Below are positions 1 to 10,004 of a DNA stretch of 64,000 bases, piece after piece; positions within the stretch are counted from its first letter, which is position 1, and every line of letters starts with the position of its first letter. Source of the stretch: a virus; IMG/VR virus record IMGVR_UViG_3300044729_003129, positions 96,001-160,000 of that record; one strand, given 5' to 3'. The notes under the pieces are model-generated. The model made no database searches and was not told the origin of the DNA. It was given only the letters and a program-made list of their open reading frames with translations. A program made the position numbers and the translations under genes.

Positions 1-657
1 GTTTGCAAGTTCTGCTTCTGCATCGAGGCCATGAACAGCCTTAAGGTCTTGAGCAAGTTCCATTGAATATTCAGCCTTAAGAGCGCGTGTCTTAGCAGTA
101 ACGGTTGTCTTGTCAACAGTGAATCCCATTTGACCAAAGCCAGTGCCAGTTGCACCAGTAGTACGACCAATTTGAACTGTGCCTACGGATGGATCTGGAT
201 CAACATAGTTACCATCTACACCATTGCCAGTGAGAGCTTCACCTTGTGCAGTAGTAACTGGTTGACCACTGAATGCGGTGTCTGGCTTGTTGAAGAGAGC
301 TTCAGCAGTATTTGCACCGGCTGCATTTTGATATTGACTGCGCATAGCGAAGATCAAGCCAGTTGGCATGGTCATTGGCTGAACACCAGCAATATCATAA
401 GCAACGATGTTTGGCATCGCACGACGAACAAGGCTGATAAGAACTGGATCCCAGGTCTTAACTGCGCCGGTGCCGTCACCGATTGAGTTGCCTTCAGCAA
501 GATATGCAGATTGTGCATTTTCTTCTCTGAGTGCTTTTTCTTGGTTTTCGAGAAGAACTGCAGTAATTGACTTACGATAGTTGTCCTTGAACTTAGGGGC
601 GTCTTGAGCCTCAAGAATTGGGGCCCACTTTTTTTCTAGTGTTTCTGAATTAAACAT
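1..657 (-). CDS. gp23: Major capsid protein, 5' part (runs off window start)
   Basis: Manually translated from ATG at 657: MFNSETLEKKWAPILE...AVLLENQE...DPVLISLVRRAMPNIVAYDIAGVQPMTMPTGLIFAMR...KTTVTAKTRALKAEYSMELAQDLKAVHGLDAEAELAN, diagnostic T4-like gp23 motifs. Absent from the ORF track because it is truncated. Confidence 0.98.
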   Translation of the reverse strand, partial: MFNSETLEKKWAPILEAQDAPKFKDNYRKSITAVLLENQEKALREENAQSAYLAEGNSIGDGTGAVKTWDPVLISLVRRAMPNIVAYDIAGVQPMTMPTGLIFAMRSQYQNAAGANTAEALFNKPDTAFSGQPVTTAQGEALTGNGVDGNYVDPDPSVGTVQIGRTTGATGTGFGQMGFTVDKTTVTAKTRALKAEYSMELAQDLKAVHGLDAEAELAN

Positions 658-713
658 AATAGTATTTTTTCTTTATTGTTTGTTGTTGTTGTTGTTTGGG
701 GTTGGAACCTTTA

Positions 714-2249
714 TCAACGTACTGGAATAGTGGCTTCATTTGCCTTGTTCAGACGTGATAATGCGGTCAAGTATTTTTGCATTGCAGGCGAAACTGTTTC
801 TTCTGCAATTGTTTCATTTTCTATAACTGTTTCGGTTGTTATATAGGAAGATTCATTGGCATTTTCTTCAACCAATGTTTCTGTTTCTTCGACTGCAGCG
901 CCATTAAGGTAAAATTCCTTGATGGTAGCTACCTTCTTGCGAAATGATGTTTCTGATGTGCATTCGATATCTTCAAGTAATGACTTGAGTTTTTCAACTT
1001 GGGTGTCAGCAAGATCTGTTGTAGACTCAGAGATTACCTTTTCACGAGTAAGGCTATTAACCTTTTCGTTGAGGGCAAGCACTGTGTTTTCCAATTCTGA
1101 AGACTCAGTTTGAAGTTGAGCGATTGAAGTTTCCATCTCAGCGACCAAATCCTGCTTGGACTCAGGCACTTCAATATAGTTTTCAACAAATACTGTCTTG
1201 AGTGATTGAATGAAGTTTTCAGCAATTTGTGTACGGAGTCCGCCTTCGATTGCAACCTTGTTATCTTCTACCCAGCTTTCAACTGCATAGGTAAGATAGT
1301 TGTCAATCTTTTCAACGAGTTCTTCTTTGATTGTTTCTACTTCTTCAATAAGAGCGACTGCATAGCTTTCTTTAAGAGTTTCTTCAGTTTCTTTGAGTTT
1401 GCTCTTAACAGCAGCTTCAAAAATTGTAGTAGCTTTTTCTTTAAACTCTTCAGTCAATCCTGTTTCACTTTCAACGAGACGAGTAATGTCAGATGTATCA
1501 ATTGAGATTGTGTTTTCTTCGATAACTTCTTCAGTTTCTTCTTTCATGTCCTTTTTCTTGATTTCTGGATGATATTTTTCAGCTTCAGCTGCATTGTCGT
1601 AATGTGCAATAACTGCACTACGAACTTTGTTAAACGGACCAGATAAAGTAATTGCGCCTGCAGGATTTGCAGCTTTAACACCTTCTTTTGCTCTGGCTTT
1701 AACATAGTCTGCAAAATCATCAGGATCGACATCATCTAATGGATCAACTTTAATTCGAACGGTTAAGTTCTTTTGAGTTTCTTCTGCTTCTTTCATCTCA
1801 ACTTCTTTTTCGTCTTCCATTTCTTCTTCGCCAAGCCCACTGGTGATCATACCAATTGCTGAACCATAATCGCCGTCAGCCTTTTTAAGGATGCCTTCGA
1901 TTGCGGCCATTGCCTTGGCTTCATCATAGTTGTCTCCGTGAGCAGCCTTAAGAATACCCTTAGCGTATGCAGTAAACTCTTCATCAGAGCTTACTTCAGC
2001 TTCTTCAGATACCTTTTTAGCTTCAGTCATTTCTTCTTCGTCATCTTCACACTCTTCTTCATCCTCTTTTTCGTCTTCATCAGACTCTTCTTCATCTTCC
2101 ATGTCTTCTCCCTCTTTCTTACACTTGCCTTCTGCAATCTCAGTTTGTTCCTGATCAAGCTCTAAGGTTTCGTCAAGAGAAAGTAATGTTTCTTCGTTGA
2201 TGTCTTCAATGACGACATCTTCTGTGTTTTCAATTTGTGTATTTTCCAT
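714..2249 (-). CDS. gp22: Prohead core scaffold protein, extended with internal inserts
   Basis: Acidic coiled coil with LTEEFKEKATTIFEAAV, KIDNYLTYAVESW and FVENYIEVPESK motifs; lies between gp21 and gp23. Confidence 0.93.
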   Translation of the reverse strand: MENTQIENTEDVVIEDINEETLLSLDETLELDQEQTEIAEGKCKKEGEDMEDEEESDEDEKEDEEECEDDEEEMTEAKKVSEEAEVSSDEEFTAYAKGILKAAHGDNYDEAKAMAAIEGILKKADGDYGSAIGMITSGLGEEEMEDEKEVEMKEAEETQKNLTVRIKVDPLDDVDPDDFADYVKARAKEGVKAANPAGAITLSGPFNKVRSAVIAHYDNAAEAEKYHPEIKKKDMKEETEEVIEENTISIDTSDITRLVESETGLTEEFKEKATTIFEAAVKSKLKETEETLKESYAVALIEEVETIKEELVEKIDNYLTYAVESWVEDNKVAIEGGLRTQIAENFIQSLKTVFVENYIEVPESKQDLVAEMETSIAQLQTESSELENTVLALNEKVNSLTREKVISESTTDLADTQVEKLKSLLEDIECTSETSFRKKVATIKEFYLNGAAVEETETLVEENANESSYITTETVIENETIAEETVSPAMQKYLTALSRLNKANEATIPVR

Positions 2250-2269
2250 ATATTACTTTTTTCTATTGT

Positions 2270-2914
2270 TTAGAGTTTGGAGAGGAAATCAGTCCAGATT
2301 TTTGTTTGTGCTTCGGCAAGATTTGCAGAAGAGGCCTTTTTGATTTCTGTCTCATACTTTTCAAGCTGTTGCGCCTTTAACAAGCCATTGTCCCAGATCC
2401 ATTCTACAGATTCCATTATTCCATTTACAAAAGCAGATGGAGCACTTGGGTCTTGAACAATATCAACTGTTGACAACACAAAGTCGTCATTGACAAATGT
2501 TTGGCCGTTTTTACTCGCAACGGTTCCCATACCACGACTAGAGACGCCTAGTTGACAACCACCTTCTAAAAGTCCTTTCACAATTTTACCCATCGGTGTG
2601 TCAAGTATAAGCGCCTTTCCAACAACATCATTGCCGTTCCATTGCAGTTCGGTAATGCGATGTGAAACTTTATCAAGGTTAATAGTAGGACCTTCTGGGT
2701 GATTAAGTTCACCTACAGCTCGTCCTTTATTAACATATTCCGAGACGTATTTACGTACGGCTTTTTCTAAAACTGTTTTCGGATATATGCGGCGATTACG
2801 ATTCACCTGCTCAGCTTGCATAAAAATACCGTCAATGATGAATTTCTTTTCACCATTGTCAGCAGCTTCTGAGATATATCTTAAATCTTCTGAATGTTCA
2901 ATGATTAACTTCAT
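2270..2914 (-). CDS. gp21: Prohead protease
   Basis: GIFMQAEQVNRNRRIYP, GELNHP, LGVSSRGMG and DIVQDPSAPSAFV motifs. Confidence 0.97.
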   Translation of the reverse strand: MKLIIEHSEDLRYISEAADNGEKKFIIDGIFMQAEQVNRNRRIYPKTVLEKAVRKYVSEYVNKGRAVGELNHPEGPTINLDKVSHRITELQWNGNDVVGKALILDTPMGKIVKGLLEGGCQLGVSSRGMGTVASKNGQTFVNDDFVLSTVDIVQDPSAPSAFVNGIMESVEWIWDNGLLKAQQLEKYETEIKKASSANLAEAQTKIWTDFLSKL

Positions 2915-2930
2915 TAGACTGTTGTGTATT

Positions 2931-2938
2931 TATTTATA
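2931..2938 (-). promoter_or_regulatory. Late promoter TATAAATA (gp21-gp22-gp23)
   Basis: Exact consensus 16 nt upstream of ATG 2914. Confidence 0.75.
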
Positions 2939-2949
2939 AAAATTAACGT

Positions 2950-3120
2950 TTATACTTCACTTTGTGGCTGTGAAGCGTTATAGATATTTGCTGATAGTTC
3001 AACCTTTTTGATATCTAATACTGTACGAACTTTATCATGTATCATGCCAGAGAATAATGAATCTGAGGTCTCTTTTTGACCATTCATTAAGCTGTCAATA
3101 AATTCTTTTGTTTTTTCCAT
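2950..3120 (-). CDS. gp67: Small prohead core protein (gp67-like), 56 aa, not in ORF track
   Basis: MEKTKEFIDSLMNGQKETSDSLFSGMIHDKVRTVLDIKKVELSANIYNASQPQSEV; sits right after the portal gene and has its own TATAAATA box at 3129-3136. Confidence 0.75.
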   Translation of the reverse strand: MEKTKEFIDSLMNGQKETSDSLFSGMIHDKVRTVLDIKKVELSANIYNASQPQSEV

Positions 3121-3141
3121 ACTTTAACTATTTATATATTT

Positions 3142-4686
3142 TCACATTTCAACTTCGCCAAACTGATCGTCTGACGCTTCACCTTCAGGCGGCGTTTCAG
3201 CATCTGTTGGCTCTTCTTCAGGTTTTTCTTCAGAGATCTCGGTGTTCATGCGCTCAATATCAGCTTCAGACTGGTTAAGTACATTGCTGCGCACCCACTT
3301 GTCACTATAGTATTTGCCAATATGAGAGCTTATGGTATCAAGCATGTTTATACGTTCCCGCATAATCTCAAAGTCTTTTAATTCCGAAAAATAGTTGTCT
3401 TCAATATAGTCAACCGAAATGCCTTCGCGTATGGTTTCCCAGTCGTCTGCTGTACACACTCCTTTTAATAACAACTGCACTCGCAGTGCTTCAATAAAGA
3501 GCATTGAAAACTTTTTACGTAACCGGTTGATGAACTTTTGAAACTTGACCTCTTCACGTGATATCTCGCTTGCGCGACCAATATTAAATCCAGTTTCACT
3601 TTCAAGTCGATTAACTGGCACATTTAATGAACGATATAGTTTCTTTTGAAAGAAAATTACGTCTTCAATCTGGCTGAGATTGTCTCCGCCCGGGAGTGTA
3701 GTAATTTCTGTACCACGACCACCTTCACGACGAGGCAACCAAAAATCTTCAAGCATACTCATACTCTTGCGATCATCACGAATCTCGCCAGTATTTGCAT
3801 CATAAACAAGTTTGTTACGATACTTTGCCATAATGCCTTGAACATACTCTTCAGCCTTACCCTTTGGCAAGTTACCAATATCGATATAGAAGATACGACG
3901 TTCTGGTGCACGAGATATACGATAGATTACGAGGGCATCTTCCATCATACGCAACTGGTTTACCAATTTTACACTCTTGTGTAAATAAGAAACTGCAAAC
4001 TTATTGCTTTCGTCAAGCAATCCAGACGGCGCATAAACTATGCTGTTTGGATCAATCTTAAAACCACTGTTGCTATTAAAGTCATCTGAATACAAGAAGT
4101 ATTCTGCCGTGACATCTGAAGTTTTTACTCCAGTATTCTTATCTATCTTATTTGTTATTTCTTTAACCTTTTTGATCTTTAGCGGATCAATTGCTCTCAA
4201 CTCCTTTATGCCTTCTTTTGGCTTTTTTGGGTCAATCATCATGTGGTAATATAACTTACCGTCAATATACCACTTTCTAAAAATATCCTGACCGTTATAA
4301 TTAAACGACAACAACTTTGTTATTGTGTCAAACTCTTCAAGTATTTTTTTCTTTATACTTTCTGGTTGCTCTAGTTTATCAAGTACTAGATTGATTGGAG
4401 CGCCGTCAGAGTCAGAAACAATAGATGCATTTATAATGTCAGATATTGCGGAGTCGCACTCTGGTTGAGTAGCTGCTGCACGACATTTTAAGATTAAATC
4501 TTTTTCGTTTGTCAGCGCAGTGCCATCAATGTCAAGTACCTGTCCATAATAACCGGCAGTAGCCGATGACGTTATAACAGAAGTACCATCGTTTTCAATT
4601 GGAGCTGAAAACGATGGTACTGTATTAAGTTCTGAGGTATCTTTTTTATTGATTACCTTTGATATTTCATAGCCAAATAGCTTCAT
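3142..4686 (-). CDS. gp20: Portal vertex protein
   Basis: NQLRMMEDALVIYRISRAPERRIFYIDIGNLPKGKAEEY and MLEDFWLPRREGGRGTEITTLPGG. Confidence 0.99.
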   Translation of the reverse strand: MKLFGYEISKVINKKDTSELNTVPSFSAPIENDGTSVITSSATAGYYGQVLDIDGTALTNEKDLILKCRAAATQPECDSAISDIINASIVSDSDGAPINLVLDKLEQPESIKKKILEEFDTITKLLSFNYNGQDIFRKWYIDGKLYYHMMIDPKKPKEGIKELRAIDPLKIKKVKEITNKIDKNTGVKTSDVTAEYFLYSDDFNSNSGFKIDPNSIVYAPSGLLDESNKFAVSYLHKSVKLVNQLRMMEDALVIYRISRAPERRIFYIDIGNLPKGKAEEYVQGIMAKYRNKLVYDANTGEIRDDRKSMSMLEDFWLPRREGGRGTEITTLPGGDNLSQIEDVIFFQKKLYRSLNVPVNRLESETGFNIGRASEISREEVKFQKFINRLRKKFSMLFIEALRVQLLLKGVCTADDWETIREGISVDYIEDNYFSELKDFEIMRERINMLDTISSHIGKYYSDKWVRSNVLNQSEADIERMNTEISEEKPEEEPTDAETPPEGEASDDQFGEVEM

Positions 4687-4692
4687 AATATA

Positions 4693-4700
4693 TATTTATA
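4693..4700 (-). promoter_or_regulatory. T4-type late promoter TATAAATA (gp20)
   Basis: Exact consensus 6 nt upstream of ATG 4686. Confidence 0.8.
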
Positions 4701-4713
4701 GTGCAAAAACTAA

Positions 4714-5253
4714 TTACCCAATAGTACTATCAGAAGTCCAATACTGATAGTTTAATTCAACTGTAAATTCTTCTACAGTATCATTAGTTTCGTAATTAAG
4801 CTCAATTGCACCTATATTTGTTGGAAATGCGCCCACGAATGTATATTTTTTCGTAGGGTTTGCATTTTCACGCGTTAATTGTTTGATGTGTAGGTCTTTA
4901 TAGTAAGCAAGTGGAGCAGCAGTGTATGCACTTGTGTTTGAAGCATGACGATTAATCAGATTCATCCAGTTTTCAAACGCATTGCGAATTTCCATTTTAT
5001 TGTCATTAATTACCGTGATTGTCCATGGTTCAAATGTACGATCTCCAGCAACTTTTAATTTGCGTCCACGATATGGTACTTCAATAGGAGCAATGACGCT
5101 ACTTGGAAGTTGTGCAGCCTTAACTAAGAAACGTGACTTTAATGATGCCGTAGCACCACTGGCAACATTGCTTGGAAAATAAATTTCTGCTTCAAATAGA
5201 TTTGGACGAGCTCCACCTAAAAATTGATTTTTAAATTGTGATAAATTACTCAT
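4714..5253 (-). CDS. gp19: Tail tube protein
   Basis: GGARPNLFE, YRGRKLKVAGDRTFEPWTITVIND and VEEFTVELNYQYW. Confidence 0.97.
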   Translation of the reverse strand: MSNLSQFKNQFLGGARPNLFEAEIYFPSNVASGATASLKSRFLVKAAQLPSSVIAPIEVPYRGRKLKVAGDRTFEPWTITVINDNKMEIRNAFENWMNLINRHASNTSAYTAAPLAYYKDLHIKQLTRENANPTKKYTFVGAFPTNIGAIELNYETNDTVEEFTVELNYQYWTSDSTIG

Positions 5254-5274
5254 TGTATTTTTCTATATATTTAG

Positions 5275-5282
5275 TATTTATA
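5275..5282 (-). promoter_or_regulatory. Late promoter TATAAATA (gp19)
   Basis: Exact consensus in the gp18-gp19 gap, 21 nt from ATG. Confidence 0.75.
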
Positions 5283-5289
5283 CGTTTTA

Positions 5290-7005
5290 TTATGCTCCAA
5301 TTTCAGTGAATGATATACCAGTGCGTGTTGCAATAAAATTAAGTGAAATATAATTAATTGAACGAGCAGGTTTGATATAGATGTCAGCCACGAAACGATT
5401 GGTATCAATTACTTGTGGTGTATTATTTGTTTCATTACATACAACCTTATAGTCAGTAATACCACGACGTCCTTGAACGTCTCGTAAGTATGGATCAATC
5501 GTATTAATAAATGCATTACGAGTAAATTCATCGTTTAATTCAAACAACTGGAATTTAGCAGCTTGTGCACACACACGTTGTATTGTGATGAAAAGACGAC
5601 GCACGTTTATACGATCAAATGCACTTGGACGCGTTTGGCCGGTTTTGTCTCCATAGAGAATAATCCCTTGGCCAGTAACGTTCACAATTGGATTGATGTT
5701 AGAGTTGTATAAATCATCACGATCAATACTTTTTGGATTGTATGCCAACTTAGTGACTCCACGCAATTGACCACGATTAAATCCTGCTGGTGAGAACCAT
5801 GGATCAGAGATTTCATCAGTGTATGCACAGAGACCTGCCATATGACCGCATGCTGGAACCCACTCATAACGATCAGCATACTTATTGTACACATATACAG
5901 GAGTACTGTCAAATACTGTGTAACTTAAAACTGTATTACTTGTAGATGAAAATGAGTCCTTTGCAGTTTTAAGTGCAGTTAATTTTGCATCATCTGTTGA
6001 TAGTGTGTATAAGTTAAGTGGAGCTGATAAAAATGCAATAGAATCTTTGCGATTCTCAACAACAGAAATTAATGCTGCATTAATTTCATTTGCATTATCA
6101 CCAATAAATGCTTCAGCAAATATCAAATTAACATCAATATTATCAGTGTCTTCTAGTATGCTTAAAGAATTAACTACATTATCAATGTCTCTTGTTCCAT
6201 TAGCACCACCAACAAAGGAATAAAATCCAATTCCAGACAAAGAATATGTATCAGTTGATAATGATGCGACGTCAAGTGGAGCTGTTACATAGATAAATTC
6301 TGAACCGAGGTTAATTACATCAGCCCAATAGTTATTAGAACCATTTGAATTGCGCGCATCTGGATGCAATGAAAGACCTTGCCAGGTTTCAAGTACTGTA
6401 CCCTTTGTTCCGCTAATTAATCCTTTTTCATCATAAACTGCAATATGAATTTCGTCTGAAGCTAGTTGCGTTTCGGCAACTTCCTCTGCCCAAAGAGTAG
6501 TATCAGCTAAATTAGTGAAGAACTTTTTAGATTCTACTGAAGTAGTCCCTTGGTTGTCTTTATGAAAAATTTGTACACTTAATGAATTACCAAGTTCACC
6601 AGGGTAACGTGAGTACAATGGAGCTTGTAATTCATTTGTTGATAAATTATCAAATTGTGTTTTGTTTTTAATTAATGTGGCAAATTCAGATGTGCCTTCA
6701 TAACCAACAACGGCAGCAGCATTTTTTGCTGTAGCGCTATCAACTGTACGAATTGCTCTCAATGAATTTCCATATTTAAGAAAACTTTCTGCAGTTAGGA
6801 ATGACGCTGCATTGACATCATCACTTTTACTTGGTGTGCCAAAGAGTTTTCCTAATGCCGTTTCAGAACCAACATTAGTAACTTCGTCTGCTGGGCCCCA
6901 ATTAAAGTGGCCGACATACGCTCCGACTGATGCTGATACTGGTTGTGTTACTGGTGTCAAGTCTGTTTCTGTGACTTGCACTCCTACGCTTTGTAAGGTT
7001 GCCAT
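5290..7005 (-). CDS. gp18: Tail sheath protein (compact, 571 aa)
   Basis: GHFNWGP, PWFSPAGFNRG, SAFDRINVRRLF and IYIKPARSINYISLNFIATRTG. Confidence 0.98.
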   Translation of the reverse strand: MATLQSVGVQVTETDLTPVTQPVSASVGAYVGHFNWGPADEVTNVGSETALGKLFGTPSKSDDVNAASFLTAESFLKYGNSLRAIRTVDSATAKNAAAVVGYEGTSEFATLIKNKTQFDNLSTNELQAPLYSRYPGELGNSLSVQIFHKDNQGTTSVESKKFFTNLADTTLWAEEVAETQLASDEIHIAVYDEKGLISGTKGTVLETWQGLSLHPDARNSNGSNNYWADVINLGSEFIYVTAPLDVASLSTDTYSLSGIGFYSFVGGANGTRDIDNVVNSLSILEDTDNIDVNLIFAEAFIGDNANEINAALISVVENRKDSIAFLSAPLNLYTLSTDDAKLTALKTAKDSFSSTSNTVLSYTVFDSTPVYVYNKYADRYEWVPACGHMAGLCAYTDEISDPWFSPAGFNRGQLRGVTKLAYNPKSIDRDDLYNSNINPIVNVTGQGIILYGDKTGQTRPSAFDRINVRRLFITIQRVCAQAAKFQLFELNDEFTRNAFINTIDPYLRDVQGRRGITDYKVVCNETNNTPQVIDTNRFVADIYIKPARSINYISLNFIATRTGISFTEIGA

Positions 7006-7077
7006 ATATTTTTATCTTTCTTTCAGTGTTGTAATTATAAGTTTAAGTTGCATAATAAGAAAATTTCAATCTATCGA

Positions 7078-7085
7078 TATTTATA
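7078..7085 (-). promoter_or_regulatory. Late promoter TATAAATA (gp18)
   Basis: Exact consensus in the gp17-gp18 gap, 72 nt from ATG. Confidence 0.75.
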
Positions 7086-7096
7086 AAAAGTCACTT

Positions 7097-8713
7097 TTAC
7101 AGCGCATTCCACTCCTGAAGTGACGATATTTGACGTTCATAGTCAACCATGCTTGGAGTTTGTGATGTTTGCGGAGTATCAAATATACCAAACGGTGGCA
7201 GGTCTTCTTCCATTTCTCGTATTTTTTCACTATAGAGTAAAGATTTTAATTCAATGTTACTCAGTCCACCAAACGCATCTGTACTTACAAACCATGCAAA
7301 TAGCACAAGATTCATAACCATATCGTCATGGGTGTTTCCACGAGCGGCATAGCTGTCTCCCTTTGGTTCAAAACTGCTGAGTTCAACTATTGTGTCGGCA
7401 TCACAAAGTTGAAGTTTGCCACTTTCAAGTAGGTCTTTTAAGTTGCTACAACCAATACGTTTTACGCGTTTTGTCATAGTCACCCCAATGCCACTGCTCT
7501 TTACTGAGCTTTGCACAAAAGTATTGTCATATTCATAGTCATAATAGATTGCATTACAAACAACTTGTCCCGCATCGTTGTTTTCAACTATTACAAGTGC
7601 ATCATTGTATGTTTTTGCAGCACGAACAATAAACTCTGGAAACATAAGCGGAGACACGAGATTGTCTCTATAGGTACAAACCTGTTTAAAAGCACCATCA
7701 ACACCTGATATATCAAACACAGTAAATGTGCTATAGTCTTGGCCTCGTCCTTTACTGACGTCTGCAGTTATTATATAGTCATGGCCTTCGACTGGTTCAA
7801 CGTAATAACGTATGCCATATTGCATTTGAAGTGGTTCATGCGACTGCAAACCAAGTAATGTGTCAGAGCCTATGAGAGTTTGACTACTGCCAATAAAGTT
7901 TACTTCAAACTCTTGAGCAAATTGAAGTTCACTGCTGTTTGCTATGGTCTGACGTTTCCATTCTTCATCGCGTCCAGGCACATCATTCCACTTAATTGTA
8001 AACGGCTTAAATTCATTTGCACTCTGTATTGCACCTTCCCATAGTTTATAGAACATATTGCCTATTCCATTAGGCGTGCTTGTAATTATAACCTTTGTGT
8101 CCTTACCAGAAGAAATAACAGGATATACGCCAGTGTAGAATTCACTAGCATTATCAACAAACGCAAATTCATCAAGAAACAAAAGTGATATACTCATACC
8201 ACGAATACTTGAGCTTGAAGTTGCTGCACAAATAATTCGTGAGTTGTTTGAAAAGTCGATATTTCCTTTATTTAATGCTTTACACCCCGGTTGCAACCAA
8301 AATGGAAGATTTTCAAGCATTAGACATATGCGAGACAACATTTCACGCGCAGTTGCTCCCTTGTTAGCCAAGATCGCAATTGTTTTTTCGCTATGAAAAA
8401 GTGCATACCAAAGCAAATAACCACATGTTGAAATTGATTTGCCACTTTGGCGGCAAGCTAATATTATATTAAACCTATGTGAATTGTAATGTTGAAATAT
8501 TTCCCTTTGATATCCATATAACTTAAATGGTACCAAGCCACGATCTAAATGAATAACTTTCAAATAGGTTTCACAAAAGTGTATAGGATCTTTACTGCAC
8601 TTGATATATTCATCAATTTGCTCTTTTGTAAAGTTAATGTTAACACCATCACGCTTTACATTGGGATTTCCAAGATATCCGTTTTCTTTGGTCTTTTGAT
8701 GATCAACAATCAT
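7097..8713 (-). CDS. gp17: Terminase large subunit
   Basis: YLGNPNVK, Walker A CRQSGKS, Walker B LFLDEFAF, ITSTPNG, nuclease DVSKGRGQDYS and HDDMVM; no intein visible. Confidence 0.98.
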   Translation of the reverse strand: MIVDHQKTKENGYLGNPNVKRDGVNINFTKEQIDEYIKCSKDPIHFCETYLKVIHLDRGLVPFKLYGYQREIFQHYNSHRFNIILACRQSGKSISTCGYLLWYALFHSEKTIAILANKGATAREMLSRICLMLENLPFWLQPGCKALNKGNIDFSNNSRIICAATSSSSIRGMSISLLFLDEFAFVDNASEFYTGVYPVISSGKDTKVIITSTPNGIGNMFYKLWEGAIQSANEFKPFTIKWNDVPGRDEEWKRQTIANSSELQFAQEFEVNFIGSSQTLIGSDTLLGLQSHEPLQMQYGIRYYVEPVEGHDYIITADVSKGRGQDYSTFTVFDISGVDGAFKQVCTYRDNLVSPLMFPEFIVRAAKTYNDALVIVENNDAGQVVCNAIYYDYEYDNTFVQSSVKSSGIGVTMTKRVKRIGCSNLKDLLESGKLQLCDADTIVELSSFEPKGDSYAARGNTHDDMVMNLVLFAWFVSTDAFGGLSNIELKSLLYSEKIREMEEDLPPFGIFDTPQTSQTPSMVDYERQISSLQEWNAL

Positions 8714-8766
8714 ATTGTTGTTTTAATTCAATTAATTTATTATATAAAAATATGGAATTGTAGTCA

Positions 8767-9222
8767 TTAAACATCAATTGAATCATCTCTATCAGCATCA
8801 CCACGCAATAACTTTTGTAGTTCTGTAGTGGTACCAACAAATATAGCATTATTTGTAGTACTTTGAGCAGCAGGTTGTCCACGATTATCTTCAACCTGTA
8901 TAATTTTTTTACGCTCTTTTTGTAATCCTAGCAATTGTCCATTTATATCAGCTGCAGTTTTTATCATGCCAGCAAGCACTTCAAATGCGCGAGGATGCTC
9001 AGCATCACTCGCAAGAGCATGCATTGTGCTTATAGCCTCATCACTTGTATCAATAAGTTTTTTAATACGCTCTCGTGCAAATTTATAATCTTCTTCGGCG
9101 TGCAATACAATTTCATCATGTGATGGCCCAACTGGAGATCCAGTTGAGACTGCAATTTCATGTTTTACCGGTAAGACGTTTTTTTCAAGAGATGCCAGTA
9201 TGGTATCTTTGTCTTTTTTCAT
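8767..9222 (-). CDS. gp16: Terminase small subunit
   Basis: EDYKFARERI, HPRAFEV and NNAIFVGTTTELQKLL; directly upstream of gp17. Confidence 0.93.
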   Translation of the reverse strand: MKKDKDTILASLEKNVLPVKHEIAVSTGSPVGPSHDEIVLHAEEDYKFARERIKKLIDTSDEAISTMHALASDAEHPRAFEVLAGMIKTAADINGQLLGLQKERKKIIQVEDNRGQPAAQSTTNNAIFVGTTTELQKLLRGDADRDDSIDV

Positions 9223-9224
9223 AA

Positions 9225-10001
9225 TTATGGGTCCTCATCAAATCCGTAGGTTGTAACTACTGTATAGTTTTCTGGAGTGTCAGTCTCTGGATTGCCTAGT
9301 TCAACACGCACACCATCAACTGGTAATGCGTCTGGTGTTATAGGCGTGTCATAGAGGTCAACGTCAACAACTTTAATAATTTTCGCTGGGCCAGACTGTA
9401 TGCCCATAAACTTAAACTTGATATCAAAATCAAGGGTATAAATGATTGTACGACGACTGTTTCCAAAGTCACCTTCATAGTCGTCCTGTAAATTTGTAGC
9501 TGTTAGCAGTATAGGCACATCTGTAACTGAACCAGGTCCTTCAAGATCTTTTACTGCTACAGTATAGTCAGGCGTAAAGTAAGGAACGATCTGTTCAAAC
9601 ACTTGGAGTGCATCATCTTGATGATGAGCAAGTATACTTAATTGAATGCTAACTTTATATGGAATACTTTGATATATTTTTGTTTTGCTATCAGAGTCTC
9701 CCTCAACAAGATACAATTTATTATTAAGTTTATTTAATTTACTTGTCGAGTCGTATGTTATTGAAGTAATTTCAAAACTCATACGGGGCAACTTAATCGC
9801 GACATCACCATACTTTTCATTTTGTTGGCTTGATAGACGCGCTAAAAACTTTTGGTGTGGGCCATATGATATAGGCACACGTTGTATACCAGTCATTTTA
9901 CCATTTACTTTTTTAGCAATAGAAATATCGTTGAAAATTGTACCAAAAACTGCTACAATTTTCTTTAGGTTTCCATTATAATAGTATGATGAATTTAACA
10001 T
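9225..10001 (-). CDS. gp15: Tail sheath stabiliser / tail terminator
   Basis: VAVFGTIFNDI, VPISYGPHQKFLAR, LPRMSFEI and EQIVPYFTP. Confidence 0.95.
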   Translation of the reverse strand: MLNSSYYYNGNLKKIVAVFGTIFNDISIAKKVNGKMTGIQRVPISYGPHQKFLARLSSQQNEKYGDVAIKLPRMSFEITSITYDSTSKLNKLNNKLYLVEGDSDSKTKIYQSIPYKVSIQLSILAHHQDDALQVFEQIVPYFTPDYTVAVKDLEGPGSVTDVPILLTATNLQDDYEGDFGNSRRTIIYTLDFDIKFKFMGIQSGPAKIIKVVDVDLYDTPITPDALPVDGVRVELGNPETDTPENYTVVTTYGFDEDP

Positions 10002-10004
10002 GTC

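Noticed and set aside
130-614. Short ORFs 130-486 and 372-614, and the many other short antisense or alternate-frame ORFs in the track (e.g. 63008-63367)
   Set aside because: They overlap well-supported genes and have no recognisable motifs or start signals.
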